From contig JAXINV010000004.1 of the NCBI GenBank assembly GCA_034190465.1, positions 6,802 through 70,801 on the forward strand: a stretch of 64,000 bases of DNA, in the 5' to 3' direction. Below the pieces are notes generated by a model. It was given only the letters and a program-made list of their open reading frames with translations, was not told where the DNA came from and did no database searches. Below are positions 1-9,182 of the stretch, one piece after another (position 1 is the stretch's first letter; every line of letters starts with the position of its first letter). The DNA comes from Candidatus Asbonarchaeum danakilense (GTDB lineage: Archaea; Nanohalarchaeota; Nanosalinia; Nanosalinales; Nanoanaerosalinaceae). Position numbers and translations under genes: made by a program.

Positions 1-984
1 CCCGGCAACCGTGTCACTCCGATCATCATTCCTATCATCGCCGCCGCAGGCATCAACATCCCGAAGACCTCGTCGCGCGCAATCACGTCGCCGGCAGGCA
101 CGGCCGACACGATGGAGGTCTTCTGCGACGTCGAGTTCGACCTGGACGAGATCAAACAGATCGTCAACGAGACCAACGGCTGCCTGGTCTGGGGCGGCTC
201 CGTCAAGCTGTCGCCGGTCGACGACGACATCATCCGGGCGGAGCATCCGCTGTCGCTCGACCCCGAAGGCCAGGTCGTGGCCTCTGTCCTCTCGAAGAAG
301 AAGTCCGCCGGTTCGAACCACGTCGTCATCGACATCCCGTACGGTGAGGGCTCCAAGGTCGGCGACCTGTCGACCGCGCGGGAGCTGGCGGAGAAGTTCA
401 AACGTATCGGCGACTACCTGGACATGGCCGTCGAGTGCACCATCACACGCGGCGACCAGCCGATCGGCCGGGGGATGGGTCCGGCACTCGAGGCGAAGGA
501 CTGTCTCAAGGTCCTCAAAGGCGACGGGCCGAAGGACCTTGAGGTCAAGGCCGTGCGGCTGGCCAACATCCTGCTGGAGATGTGCGGCGAATCGGAGAAA
601 GCGCTGCACTTGATCCACTCCGGTGAGGCCCTGGAGAAGTTCCGGGAGATCATCGGTGCACAGAACGGCGACCAGGACATCGAGCCAGAGGACATCGAGG
701 TGGGCGAACACACGCTGAAGGTCCACGCGGAGAACAGCGGTATCGTCAGCCACATCGACAACGAGCAGATCTCCGACATCGCATCCCGGGCGGGCGCGCC
801 GAAGGACAACGGCGCAGGCGCCTACCTCCACAAGAAGAAGGGCGACCGCGTGAAGAAGGGTGAGGCCCTGATGACGGTCTACGCGGAGAAGCAGAACAAG
901 CTGGCGGAGGCCGAGAAACTCATCAACCGCGCAAATGGCTACCGCGTCCATACGAAGGAAGAGATGCTGATCGAGGAGCTGTAG
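1..984 (+). CDS. deoA: AMP phosphorylase / thymidine phosphorylase-family protein, C-terminal ~327 aa (5' end lies outside the window)
   Basis: Frame 1 is open from nt 1 (PGNRVTPIIIPIIAAAGINIPKTSSRAITSPAGTADTMEV...). The KTSSRAITSPAGTAD motif and the C-terminal GDRVKKGEALMTVYAE domain are typical of the family. The TAG stop is at 982-984. Confidence 0.8.
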   Translation, partial: PGNRVTPIIIPIIAAAGINIPKTSSRAITSPAGTADTMEVFCDVEFDLDEIKQIVNETNGCLVWGGSVKLSPVDDDIIRAEHPLSLDPEGQVVASVLSKKKSAGSNHVVIDIPYGEGSKVGDLSTARELAEKFKRIGDYLDMAVECTITRGDQPIGRGMGPALEAKDCLKVLKGDGPKDLEVKAVRLANILLEMCGESEKALHLIHSGEALEKFREIIGAQNGDQDIEPEDIEVGEHTLKVHAENSGIVSHIDNEQISDIASRAGAPKDNGAGAYLHKKKGDRVKKGEALMTVYAEKQNKLAEAEKLINRANGYRVHTKEEMLIEEL

Positions 985-985
985 G

Positions 986-2491
986 ATGTCCGACAGAGCA
1001 CTCCTCGTCGTGATGGACGGCTTCGGGCTGCGTGAGGAAGAATACGGTAACGCCATCGTGCAGGCCGACACCCCGACGCTCGACCGGTTGATGGACGAGT
1101 ACCCGACGGCACGACTTCCAGCACACGGCGAGCACGTCGGGCTGCTGGAAGGCGGCCTGGGCGGCTCCGAGGTCGGCCACATGCAGCTCGGTGCGGGACG
1201 GCTCGTCCCCCAGATGCCGAAGCTGATCCACGAATCCATCGAGGACGGCAGTTTCTTCGAGAAAAAGGCGCTGAACGACGCCATCGACCACGCAAAGGCT
1301 AACGACGGCACGCTCCACGTCATGGGGCTGTGCTCAGACAAGGCGATTCACGCCCACATCGCTCATCTCTTCGCGGTCCTGGAGCTGGCCGACAGGAAGG
1401 GCTTCGACTCGGTCTGCATCCATTGTTTCCTGGACGGCAGAGATACCGAACCGAAAGTGGCGAAAAAATACGTGCGCCAGCTGCAGGATAAACTCGACAA
1501 ACTGCCCGGGACGATCGCTACAGTCTCCGGACGGTACTATGCGATGGACCGTGACCGGCGGTGGGATCGGACCGAGCAGGTCTACGATGCGATCGTGCGC
1601 GGTGAGGGGCTGGAGGCAGACTCTGCCATCGCCGCGATCGAGGAAGCCTACCAGCGTGACGAGACCGATGAGTTCGTCCAGCCGACCGTGGTGCAGGACT
1701 GTCCGGTCAAGGACGGCGACGCGGTCTTCATCTTCAACTTCCGCGCCGACCGCTGCATCCAGATGACGAAGACGTTCCAGGACGAGGACTTCGACGAGTT
1801 CGACGTGGAAGCGTTCGACGACCTGTTCTTCGCCTCGATGACCCGGTACTCGAACGAGTTCGACAACCCTGTCGCGTTCCAGAAAGAGACTGTGTCCGAC
1901 ACACTGGGCGAGGTGCTGGGCGGAAACGACCTGCAGCAGTACCGGATCGCGGAGTCGGAGAAGAAGGCGCATGTCACCTACTTTTTCTCAGGCCGGCGCG
2001 AAGAACCGTTCCGGGGGGAGTCGCGGAAAATCTTCCCCTCGCCCAAAGTCGATGTCTACGACAAGACACCGGAGATGCGGGCAGAGGCGATCACGGAGAA
2101 GGCGGTCGACGTGATGGAGGACGGGAGCCACGAGTTCGTCCTCGTCAATCTGTCCAACTGCGACATGGTCGGACACACCGGCGACTTCGCTGCGACGGTC
2201 GAGGCCGTCGAGTTCGTGGATTCCTGCGTGGACGAGCTGGTCGATGCAGCGGAGGAGAACGACTATACTGCCGTCATCACGGCCGACCACGGCAACGCGG
2301 ATGAGATGAAGGACGAGGACGGCGACCCGCTGACAGCGCACAGCATGAACCCGGTGCCGCTGATCGTGGTGGACGAGGACGCCTCCTTCTCAGACAGTGC
2401 CGCGCTCTACAACGTGGCGCCGGCGGTCCTCGAAGAAATACTGGACGTGAAGCCGGCCGACGTGATGGACCAGCCGGCGTTCACGCTGTGA
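986..2491 (+). CDS. gpmI: 2,3-bisphosphoglycerate-independent phosphoglycerate mutase
   Basis: 501 aa. Carries the N-terminal LLVVMDGFG motif and the ITADHGNADEM metal-site motif of iPGM. The start lies 2 nt after the deoA stop. Confidence 0.9.
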   Translation: MSDRALLVVMDGFGLREEEYGNAIVQADTPTLDRLMDEYPTARLPAHGEHVGLLEGGLGGSEVGHMQLGAGRLVPQMPKLIHESIEDGSFFEKKALNDAIDHAKANDGTLHVMGLCSDKAIHAHIAHLFAVLELADRKGFDSVCIHCFLDGRDTEPKVAKKYVRQLQDKLDKLPGTIATVSGRYYAMDRDRRWDRTEQVYDAIVRGEGLEADSAIAAIEEAYQRDETDEFVQPTVVQDCPVKDGDAVFIFNFRADRCIQMTKTFQDEDFDEFDVEAFDDLFFASMTRYSNEFDNPVAFQKETVSDTLGEVLGGNDLQQYRIAESEKKAHVTYFFSGRREEPFRGESRKIFPSPKVDVYDKTPEMRAEAITEKAVDVMEDGSHEFVLVNLSNCDMVGHTGDFAATVEAVEFVDSCVDELVDAAEENDYTAVITADHGNADEMKDEDGDPLTAHSMNPVPLIVVDEDASFSDSAALYNVAPAVLEEILDVKPADVMDQPAFTL

Positions 2492-2929
2492 CTACTGGCT
2501 GGCGGTCTGGGCCGGGCAGAAACTTGTCTGGATGTAGCCCTGGTCGATGCAGTTGTACTCCGAACCGTCGACCGTGACGATGGCATCCTTATAGTTGGTC
2601 CACTTACATCCTGCCTCAGTGGCAGTGTCCTCATATGTGGTGTCGCCAGAAAGCTGGCGGCGGGGATTGGTACTCGTACAGTCGTAGCCATCGTCCGCGT
2701 TGGCGACGTACATCTGACAGTACTCCTGGTTGGCATCGTCGGCAAGGTTGTAACATGCTTCACGGACGGCGGCGGTCTGCTGGGTCTCCCCCTGTGCCTG
2801 ACCGGCCCAGTTGAAGAATGACTGGAGCGTCCCTCCGCTCAGCGTGATGATCGATACGGCGGTTATGAAGAGGATGACACCAACGACAACCATCGTCAAT
2901 GTGAAGCTGATACCTTTCCTGTCAGTCAT
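2492..2929 (-). CDS. Prepilin-like secreted Cys-rich protein (145 aa)
   Basis: The track ORF 2492..3043 overlaps Alba. The internal ATG at 2929 gives MTDRKG|ISFTLTMVVVGVILFITAV, a class III-type signal. AGGTG lies about 10 nt upstream. The mature part has 6 Cys. An alternative start is at 2950. Confidence 0.6.
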   Translation of the reverse strand: MTDRKGISFTLTMVVVGVILFITAVSIITLSGGTLQSFFNWAGQAQGETQQTAAVREACYNLADDANQEYCQMYVANADDGYDCTSTNPRRQLSGDTTYEDTATEAGCKWTNYKDAIVTVDGSEYNCIDQGYIQTSFCPAQTASQ

Positions 2930-2965
2930 CTGTACGACGCACCTGTCCATAACCTTTCCGCCAAC

Positions 2966-2980
2966 GCTATAAATAAGTTG
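2966..2980 (-). promoter_or_regulatory. Putative BRE/TATA promoter (CAACTTATTTATAGC on the gene strand)
   Basis: AT-rich box in a GC-rich background, located between the Alba stop (2994) and the next start. It matches the recurrent CAA[CG]TTAT(W)n motif seen upstream of other genes in the window. Confidence 0.45.
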
Positions 2981-2993
2981 TCGGGAACAAACC

Positions 2994-3299
2994 CTACTTC
3001 TGGATCTGGATATGGATGGACGAAACGTTGATGGTGTCGCCATCGTCGGTGTCGATCTCGTCCGTCCCGATCGCTATGTCGCCCAGCGCTGAGTCTTCAA
3101 CGAACCTGTTGCGGACGATTTCAGCGACATCGACGGCGCGGGAGATAGCTTTGCCCCGTGCCTTGATGTGGACGGTGTCGTTCCCGTTGTTGAGCTGTGT
3201 GACAACAGCCATCGCATAGCTCATAGCCGGTTTACTGCCGACGTACACTGTGTTGTCCTCTGATTCCTTCGGCTCATCCTGTTCAGTCTCTTCTGCCAT
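2994..3299 (-). CDS. albA: DNA/RNA-binding protein Alba
   Basis: 101 aa. [21 protein letters not shown]...[22 protein letters not shown] is the canonical Alba fold sequence. There is an acidic N-terminal extension. Confidence 0.9.
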   Translation of the reverse strand: MAEETEQDEPKESEDNTVYVGSKPAMSYAMAVVTQLNNGNDTVHIKARGKAISRAVDVAEIVRNRFVEDSALGDIAIGTDEIDTDDGDTINVSSIHIQIQK

Positions 3300-3378
3300 A
3301 GTCGATCACCTGTCGTACCACTATACAACACTCCCCGGCGATAGATAAAAACGTTTGTGCCTGCGACCGGCCTCCGGA

Positions 3379-4692
3379 TCAGCCGGTGCCACACGCCCAT
3401 CCGTTCGCTGCACTGTCTGATTCGACGGCAGCAAGGTTCAACGCCGGGCAGAGCGACTGCATCGCCTGCTTACACATGGCGGGCTTGAATGAACTTGCTT
3501 CACCGCCATCAGCACCGGTCACGCAGCTCTTCCCGATGTAGTTCATACAACGCATCGTCACTGCCGAATTGACCGAGCCGTCCGTGGGGTAGAAGTTGGC
3601 GTTGTACTTACAGTACTGCATCCAGGCCGAACCATCGGCGAACGCTGAACCGCTCGGCAGCGTCCACGAAGGCTGCGAATCGGCCGTCGTCAGGTTCTTC
3701 CACACGAACGTCTTGAACCCGGCATCGTTCGACGGACAGGCGTCAACCTGCGGGGTGTCCGAGACCTCGTTACAACCGTTGATGAGGCCTGACACATCCG
3801 TCGTGAACCCTGTTCCCGATATGGCACACGCCGCGTAATACGATGGAGGGGCATCAGCCCATGACTGACAGAAGCTTCCCTCGACTTTCTGATCTGCGAA
3901 CGCGGCGGAGTCAGAGGCAGAATCACAGAAATCTCCACCCATCGCTTCACACGCATCCTGGGCCACGACACACCGGTTGCCACAGACGGTGCTTCCCTGC
4001 ATCCATTCCTGGGGGACGCCCGTCACCTTGGTGCGGTTGGTCGGAGTGGTCTCGACCTCGCCAGCGTACTCCCCGGACTTGATCTTCACCCAGCCCCGGG
4101 AGATGACGAATGCCGCCTTGCCGCTGTCCGTCGATTCGATCGTGAACGGCGTGTCGGCGTTCAGCACCAGATTGTCTCCTCCAGTTTGACCGCAGCTGTA
4201 CGGCTCCGAGCTCAGTGTATTACTGCCACAGAAATACGACGAAACCTCCACCCAGCTATCGCCGTCCTTTACGAGCGTCTTCCCGTCCATATCTCCGGAC
4301 GTTCCGGCCGGATCGGGACCGACATACTCCCCGATATACGGCGCTGCAGGCTTTGATTCGCCGAGGAACGTCCCTCCGGACACGAGGGAGAACGTTGATG
4401 GCGCACCGTAATGGCCGTCAACCTTGTTCCAGGTCGTATCTATCACATCCGATGTCGGACGTGACGTATCCCCACTCCCATCGCCATTTCCATTTCCATT
4501 TCCATCACCATTTCCATCACCAAGAGCATCGTTGGCCTCATCGGCGGCGTCGCCCAGGTTCTGGTTGCCCTGCTGGCCTGTCTGCTTGAGCTGGTCCTGG
4601 AGCCCTCCAAGTGAGGGGACGATGACCGCCGCCATGACGAGCATGATACCCATCACGACGACCGTCTGGACGCCGACGCCTTTCCGCTTCAT
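3379..4692 (-). CDS. Prepilin-like secreted protein with a GDGNG linker and a Cys-rich ectodomain (437 aa)
   Basis: N-terminus MKRKG|VGVQTVVVMGIMLVMAAVIV, followed by a GDGNGDGNGNGNGDGSGD linker. 16 Cys by manual count. The start overlaps the upstream stop as ATGA. Confidence 0.7.
   Translation of the reverse strand: MKRKGVGVQTVVVMGIMLVMAAVIVPSLGGLQDQLKQTGQQGNQNLGDAADEANDALGDGNGDGNGNGNGDGSGDTSRPTSDVIDTTWNKVDGHYGAPSTFSLVSGGTFLGESKPAAPYIGEYVGPDPAGTSGDMDGKTLVKDGDSWVEVSSYFCGSNTLSSEPYSCGQTGGDNLVLNADTPFTIESTDSGKAAFVISRGWVKIKSGEYAGEVETTPTNRTKVTGVPQEWMQGSTVCGNRCVVAQDACEAMGGDFCDSASDSAAFADQKVEGSFCQSWADAPPSYYAACAISGTGFTTDVSGLINGCNEVSDTPQVDACPSNDAGFKTFVWKNLTTADSQPSWTLPSGSAFADGSAWMQYCKYNANFYPTDGSVNSAVTMRCMNYIGKSCVTGADGGEASSFKPAMCKQAMQSLCPALNLAAVESDSAANGWACGTG
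4468..4521 (-). repeat. Coding low-complexity repeat (GGTGATGGAAAT-type units) encoding GDGNGDGNGNGNGDGSGD
   Basis: The forward strand reads ...ccatttccatttccatttccatcaccatttccatcacc... inside ORF 3379..4692. Confidence 0.7.
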
Positions 4693-4886
4693 CCGCCACC
4701 ACCTCCACCGATCAAGCCACGAAGGTCGCCGAGCGCCCCCATGATACCGGATCCCGCCTTCTCACCGAATCCAAGGAGAGACGGCCGCAACACGGAGACA
4801 AGGAGCGCGACCACGATGAACAGCAGAGCAACACCTATCAGCACTTTAGCCGGTGTCGACATCGCTCCTTTACGCAGCTCAGTCAT
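4689..4886 (-). CDS. Ultra-short prepilin-like protein (65 aa), Gly-rich C-terminus
   Basis: The ATG at 4886 overlaps the upstream stop (ATGA). The N-terminus is MTELRKG|AMSTPAKVLIGVALLFIVVALLVSVL. The C-terminus is GALGDLRGLIGGGGGG. The track start at 4904 is a non-ATG extension. Confidence 0.6.
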   Translation of the reverse strand: MTELRKGAMSTPAKVLIGVALLFIVVALLVSVLRPSLLGFGEKAGSGIMGALGDLRGLIGGGGGG

Positions 4887-5224
4887 TGATACTCTTCCCC
4901 GCAAGTGAACGGCTTCCCGTCCTGTGTCGGCAGGACCTGCTGCTGCACGATCCAGTAGCTACAATCGCGACCACCGTACGACGCGTGCTCCCACCACTTC
5001 TTGTCACCGCTTTCGTACTGGTCGTACTGACAGAGATCCTGTTTCTGCTGGATGCACCGGTTCGCAGCAAGTTCTTTCTGGCTGGAATTGATCTGGCTAC
5101 TGGTTATGCCCCTGAAGATATTCCATTGACCAGTGAATGCGAACACGACCGCGGTCGCGACGACAAGGAGAATAAGGGAGATGACCACGAGGTTCATCGA
5201 CAACGAGATTCCCTTGCGTCGCAT
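4883..5224 (-). CDS. Prepilin-like protein (113 aa), candidate structural pilin
   Basis: N-terminus MRRKG|ISLSMNLVVISLILLVVATAVVFAF. 4 Cys. It has its own TATA-like box and a GAGGA Shine-Dalgarno-like element upstream. Confidence 0.7.
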   Translation of the reverse strand: MRRKGISLSMNLVVISLILLVVATAVVFAFTGQWNIFRGITSSQINSSQKELAANRCIQQKQDLCQYDQYESGDKKWWEHASYGGRDCSYWIVQQQVLPTQDGKPFTCGEEYQ

Positions 5225-5247
5225 AGGTCATTTCCTCATTGCAGCCA

Positions 5248-5264
5248 GTAAAATAAATAACTTG
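5248..5264 (-). promoter_or_regulatory. Putative internal promoter (CAAGTTATTTATTTTAC on the gene strand)
   Basis: Lies immediately after the stop of the 870-aa gene (5266-5268) and 24-40 nt upstream of the ATG at 5224. It is the most AT-rich box in the locus. Confidence 0.5.
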
Positions 5265-5265
5265 G

Positions 5266-7878
5266 TCACTCCCGGCAGCGGTTGTCCCGGTCACCGTCCG
5301 CATCCGGCCGCCACTCCCAGCACGGGCTCGGCTCCTTCGGGAACGACAGCTCATCGATTGTCCCGTCCTCGTTGAACGTGACGGTCGATGTCTGCGTGTA
5401 GTTGAACACGAACTTCATATGTTTCTGCCCCTCCCTGGTCGGCACATAGTACCGTTCATCCGTCACCGTGACCTGGAACGTCACCTTGGACGTCAACTTT
5501 TTGATACGCCAGACCTTCCGCCCCGTCTGGTAGGCTTCGTTGTAGTTGACATTTTCATCGCAGCAATAGTCACCGTCGCACTTATCCCCCTCCCCGTTAG
5601 CAGAAGCGGCACGGGTCCGCTCCCTGACAGGGGTGACGTACGAAGAAAGCATCCCGGATCCTGACGTGAACTCGACCAGTGGATACGGGTCCGTCTCCTC
5701 CCGGTCATCAGGCAGAAGCTTATAGTCTCCATCCCCTTTATCCTCTGGGTGCTCGTAGCACGAACCGGAACAGTACAGCTCATCGCTACATTGGGTCGAC
5801 TCCTGCGGGATTTTCTGTGCCAGCCCTGCCTTCGGCGGTGTCAGCCCTATGATGTTGATAGAGTAATCGTCCGGCAGATGGCCGCTCCGCGTCGGGATGC
5901 TCTCCCCGAATCCGCTCGTCTCACATGAGGTCGAGCCGATATCATCCGCATCACATGATACGCTGCCGCAGCTCGTACTCTTCTCCTCACTGCTCGTCTC
6001 AGAGACCGCACACGAACTCACGGACCACGCCTTCCCTCCTTCATCGTCGGGGACCAGCTCTGCGCTGTCGATCTCGTACTCCACGCCCTGGACCTCGATA
6101 TCGACCGAGATATTGCCGTAATGCCGGTCGAACGGCGGGACAAGGACGGATGGGGTGAAGACGTTCTCCTCATACTGCGACAGCTTGCTCTGGATGAGCG
6201 GTGCCACCGCCTCCTCCTGCCGGTTCAGCGCCAGCTCCCAGCTTCCTGTCCCGGGGTAGCTACCGTCGAAGTCACTGCTCGCCCCATTCTTGTTGTATTC
6301 ACAGTTCGATGCATCGCTGGGGCACGTCCCAACATTCTGCTCTTTCTCCAGTGCTATGTAGTTCGACACGTTCGCCACCGAGTCCGCCGTGATGTTCCGC
6401 AGCCCCCAGGACTTGGCCAGCGTCTCGCTCACGTTGTACAGGTAGAAGAAACGGTTCCCCCTGAGGTACTGCGTCCGCTCCGTCGGGATGTATGTCGTCG
6501 TGGTCGCTGTCGATCTCGAGAACTGTATCTTTGTAGGCGAGGAGCTCCTGGCCGTATAGTTCAGGCCTTGGACCAGGTTCGAGACGATCTTGCCTGTCTG
6601 CTCATCGATGATACGGAACGCCTCAAGCTGGGCCGACATCGGATTGCCCGTCCCCGTTTCCGCCAGCATCGTGACCGAGATCACGCCCCCCTTGTTGAGC
6701 GAGATCCTGCGGGAGATATTGTCCCTGTACACCGACGGCCAGTTGTGGTACGTGCAGCCGTCATCATCGCCACAGTCTGTCGCTGGGTCTCGTGACTGTT
6801 CAGTATGCGTATAGATGGTTCCATCGTTTTCCTTCACCTTGAACCTCACATGACTCCCTCTATTAGCATCCTCCTCCGTGTGTGTCACCTCCAGACGGTA
6901 GTCGAAGTAGATCGTGTATTCCCCACTGTGCGATGCCTTGAACAACTTCACGTCCCGCATCTGGACCTTCCTCGCCCGCGCGGTTGCCGTCTGTCCGGCT
7001 GACGGCGCTGACCCTGAAAGATCGATAATATGTGTCTCGGGCTGAAGTGGCTCGATCTGGATCGAGTTCAGCTGGACCTGCTGCCTGCTCCACGTACTCT
7101 GTGCCTCCAAGACCATCTTCAGACGGTTTCCCTTCCTCAGCTCCATCGTAAACGTTTCCTCGTTGCTGCCACCACCAGAATCCGCGGAAGCCTGGTCCTG
7201 GAACACGATATCACCGTCAGAGGTGTAAAACATGATTGATGCGCTGCTCCCACCGTCACTGTATCCGTCTCCGTCCTGATACTGCAAGTCAAAGGTGTAA
7301 TCGACCGTCACACGGTAACGCGGTGGGGCGCCCATCCCGCGGAAGCCGGCGTGATATTCCCCCTCGTAGAGCACCCATTTCGTCCTGTTCGTCTCCGGGC
7401 CAGTCTCAACGGGCTTTTGAAGCCCCTTATACGGTCTTTGCACACCGTACCGGTCATGGAAGTTGTAGGAAAAATCAGGGACCGTGATATCGCCGTTCTC
7501 CTGGACGCTGCCGCTGCCCAGATAGATCTCCATGAACGACTCTGCCGCCTGTTCTTTCGCCGCCTGCGCCACAGCGTCCTCGGACGGGATTGACTCGCCG
7601 GCGACCCAGTTCTCATCCGACCATTTCCCTCCTTCCTTTGCCAGCTGGTACGTGACGCTGTGCATGTTGTAACGGATTGCCTGACCCGTGTAATCCTCGG
7701 AGATATAATCTGCAAAGGCTTTCGCTTTGGTCGCTGTCCGCGTCTCCTCGATACCGGACTGGACCGTCGCCTGCACGCCGCCAGGGAGACTCATCATATA
7801 CGCAATGCCGCCGATACCTGCCAGCATCGCCATGATGAACAACGGTGCTGCCGTGCTTGCTTTCCGCAGCTTCATCAT
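5266..7878 (-). CDS. Giant prepilin-like surface protein (about 870 aa) with an internal duplicated beta-rich module and a Cys-rich C-terminal half
   Basis: The ATG at 7878 overlaps the stop of the upstream gene (ATGA); the track start at 7884 is GTG. The N-terminus is MMKLRKA|STAAPLFIMAMLAGIGGIAYMM. Two similar modules are visible (YRVTVDYTFDLQYQ...VQLNSIQIEP and YTIYFDYRLEVTH...AQLEAFRIID). 16 Cys by manual count. Confidence 0.7.
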   Translation of the reverse strand: MMKLRKASTAAPLFIMAMLAGIGGIAYMMSLPGGVQATVQSGIEETRTATKAKAFADYISEDYTGQAIRYNMHSVTYQLAKEGGKWSDENWVAGESIPSEDAVAQAAKEQAAESFMEIYLGSGSVQENGDITVPDFSYNFHDRYGVQRPYKGLQKPVETGPETNRTKWVLYEGEYHAGFRGMGAPPRYRVTVDYTFDLQYQDGDGYSDGGSSASIMFYTSDGDIVFQDQASADSGGGSNEETFTMELRKGNRLKMVLEAQSTWSRQQVQLNSIQIEPLQPETHIIDLSGSAPSAGQTATARARKVQMRDVKLFKASHSGEYTIYFDYRLEVTHTEEDANRGSHVRFKVKENDGTIYTHTEQSRDPATDCGDDDGCTYHNWPSVYRDNISRRISLNKGGVISVTMLAETGTGNPMSAQLEAFRIIDEQTGKIVSNLVQGLNYTARSSSPTKIQFSRSTATTTTYIPTERTQYLRGNRFFYLYNVSETLAKSWGLRNITADSVANVSNYIALEKEQNVGTCPSDASNCEYNKNGASSDFDGSYPGTGSWELALNRQEEAVAPLIQSKLSQYEENVFTPSVLVPPFDRHYGNISVDIEVQGVEYEIDSAELVPDDEGGKAWSVSSCAVSETSSEEKSTSCGSVSCDADDIGSTSCETSGFGESIPTRSGHLPDDYSINIIGLTPPKAGLAQKIPQESTQCSDELYCSGSCYEHPEDKGDGDYKLLPDDREETDPYPLVEFTSGSGMLSSYVTPVRERTRAASANGEGDKCDGDYCCDENVNYNEAYQTGRKVWRIKKLTSKVTFQVTVTDERYYVPTREGQKHMKFVFNYTQTSTVTFNEDGTIDELSFPKEPSPCWEWRPDADGDRDNRCRE

Positions 7879-9182
7879 CGCCACCTCATCCGCAGATCGT
7901 TGCCCTCGACGATCATGTGCAGCTGGGCGGTTGTCCGCCCTGCCATCGGGATCTTTGTATAGTACTCAGCAGGACCTGTGTCATAGGTTTGGTCCCCGGA
8001 CTGAAGATAGATGACCTCCTCTCCCCGGTACGAGACATTGAGCTGGTACGATCGCGTCCCTATCAGGTTACGTACCGCACGTTTGAACCGGATCTGGACA
8101 CTATTGAAGCCACAGGTATCCGGCGGCGCGGTTATCGTGGCATCATGGTACGCGAACTCACTCAGATCGTATGTATGCAGGAAGAACTCGAACTCACCGC
8201 CTGACTGCAGGAAGAGACGGTGGGCGTCCTCCTCGCCCGCCTGTCCGATGATATGGCCTGAACTGTCGAACGTGTACTGGACACCGTAATCGGTCGTCAC
8301 GGTTTCCGTCTTCGGTTTGACCCACCCCATCATCGTGAGCCCGTTCCAGTCCGTATATCCGCCATCAGCAATCTTCACGACATCGTCGTTCCCATCGAAG
8401 TGGAGGCAGGAACCAGATTTACAGGCAGAACCTGAACGCCACTCAGGGTCGTGGGACTCGTCAGTGTTGTCGATACCACGGACAGCATGATCCGGTGAAT
8501 CGAACACCCCGTCACTACCGGACTCATCCGTCACCTGCTGCCCGCTTCCACTGTCCATCGACCAGTAGCCGACCGGGGCTGGATCGATACTCCGGTCATT
8601 GATGAGATCCGTTATCTGGCCGGGCTCGAGCTCCTTGTTGTACACTCTGAACTCGTCGAGGAACCCTTTAAACGAGGAGAAAACCGAGGGATCGTCGCCG
8701 GCATCGTCAGGCGGTTGTATCTCTCCGCCGATCGTCATCGTCGATCCGGTTGCTCCTGTCAGCCGGCCTGAGGTCTGGCCGATGGCGGCGAGCGTGCCGT
8801 CGACGTAGACTCGCATCCGTCCCGACTCCCTGCTGTACGTCACCGCCACATGGTACCACTTGTTCTCCTCCACAGTCTCATCAGCGGTTACTTCACAGTT
8901 GATGGCGTTCTGGAACCGTGCCTGGGTCAGTCCCTGGTTACGCATCACGTTGAGAATGTAATGCGGCAGGTTGGATGTGTCCCGGGCATCTGCCTCCTTC
9001 GCGATCTCAACCTGGAACCGGGCATTCTGCTGGCGTTGATTCGACCCGCCCAAGAAGTTCTGGATTCCCTGGGACGAGGCGTGGGCGAAAAGGATGAAGC
9101 TCGCGAAAGCCACGAAGAACACCACGGCCATCATCGCAACCCAGAGCGTCATCGATGCCTCAAGTCCTTTCCCCTCCGTCAT
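7875..9182 (-). CDS. Prepilin-like protein with two LamG/concanavalin A-like lectin modules (435 aa)
   Basis: N-terminus MTEGKG|LEASMTLWVAMMAVVFFVAFASFILF. NKWYHVAVTYSRESGRMRVYVDG...FKGFLDEFRVYNKELEPGQITDL is typical of Laminin_G_3. A second module starts at CLHFDGNDDVVKI...MMGWVKP. Confidence 0.7.
   Translation of the reverse strand: MTEGKGLEASMTLWVAMMAVVFFVAFASFILFAHASSQGIQNFLGGSNQRQQNARFQVEIAKEADARDTSNLPHYILNVMRNQGLTQARFQNAINCEVTADETVEENKWYHVAVTYSRESGRMRVYVDGTLAAIGQTSGRLTGATGSTMTIGGEIQPPDDAGDDPSVFSSFKGFLDEFRVYNKELEPGQITDLINDRSIDPAPVGYWSMDSGSGQQVTDESGSDGVFDSPDHAVRGIDNTDESHDPEWRSGSACKSGSCLHFDGNDDVVKIADGGYTDWNGLTMMGWVKPKTETVTTDYGVQYTFDSSGHIIGQAGEEDAHRLFLQSGGEFEFFLHTYDLSEFAYHDATITAPPDTCGFNSVQIRFKRAVRNLIGTRSYQLNVSYRGEEVIYLQSGDQTYDTGPAEYYTKIPMAGRTTAQLHMIVEGNDLRMRWR

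Noticed and set aside
11-613. 200-aa S/R-rich ORF at the window start
   Set aside because: It is an out-of-frame overlap with the AMP phosphorylase reading frame, which is open from nt 1 and carries family motifs.
4468-4521. Short tandem repeat as a CRISPR array or non-coding satellite
   Set aside because: It lies in frame inside a long ORF and encodes a GDGNG linker. There is no repeat-spacer architecture.
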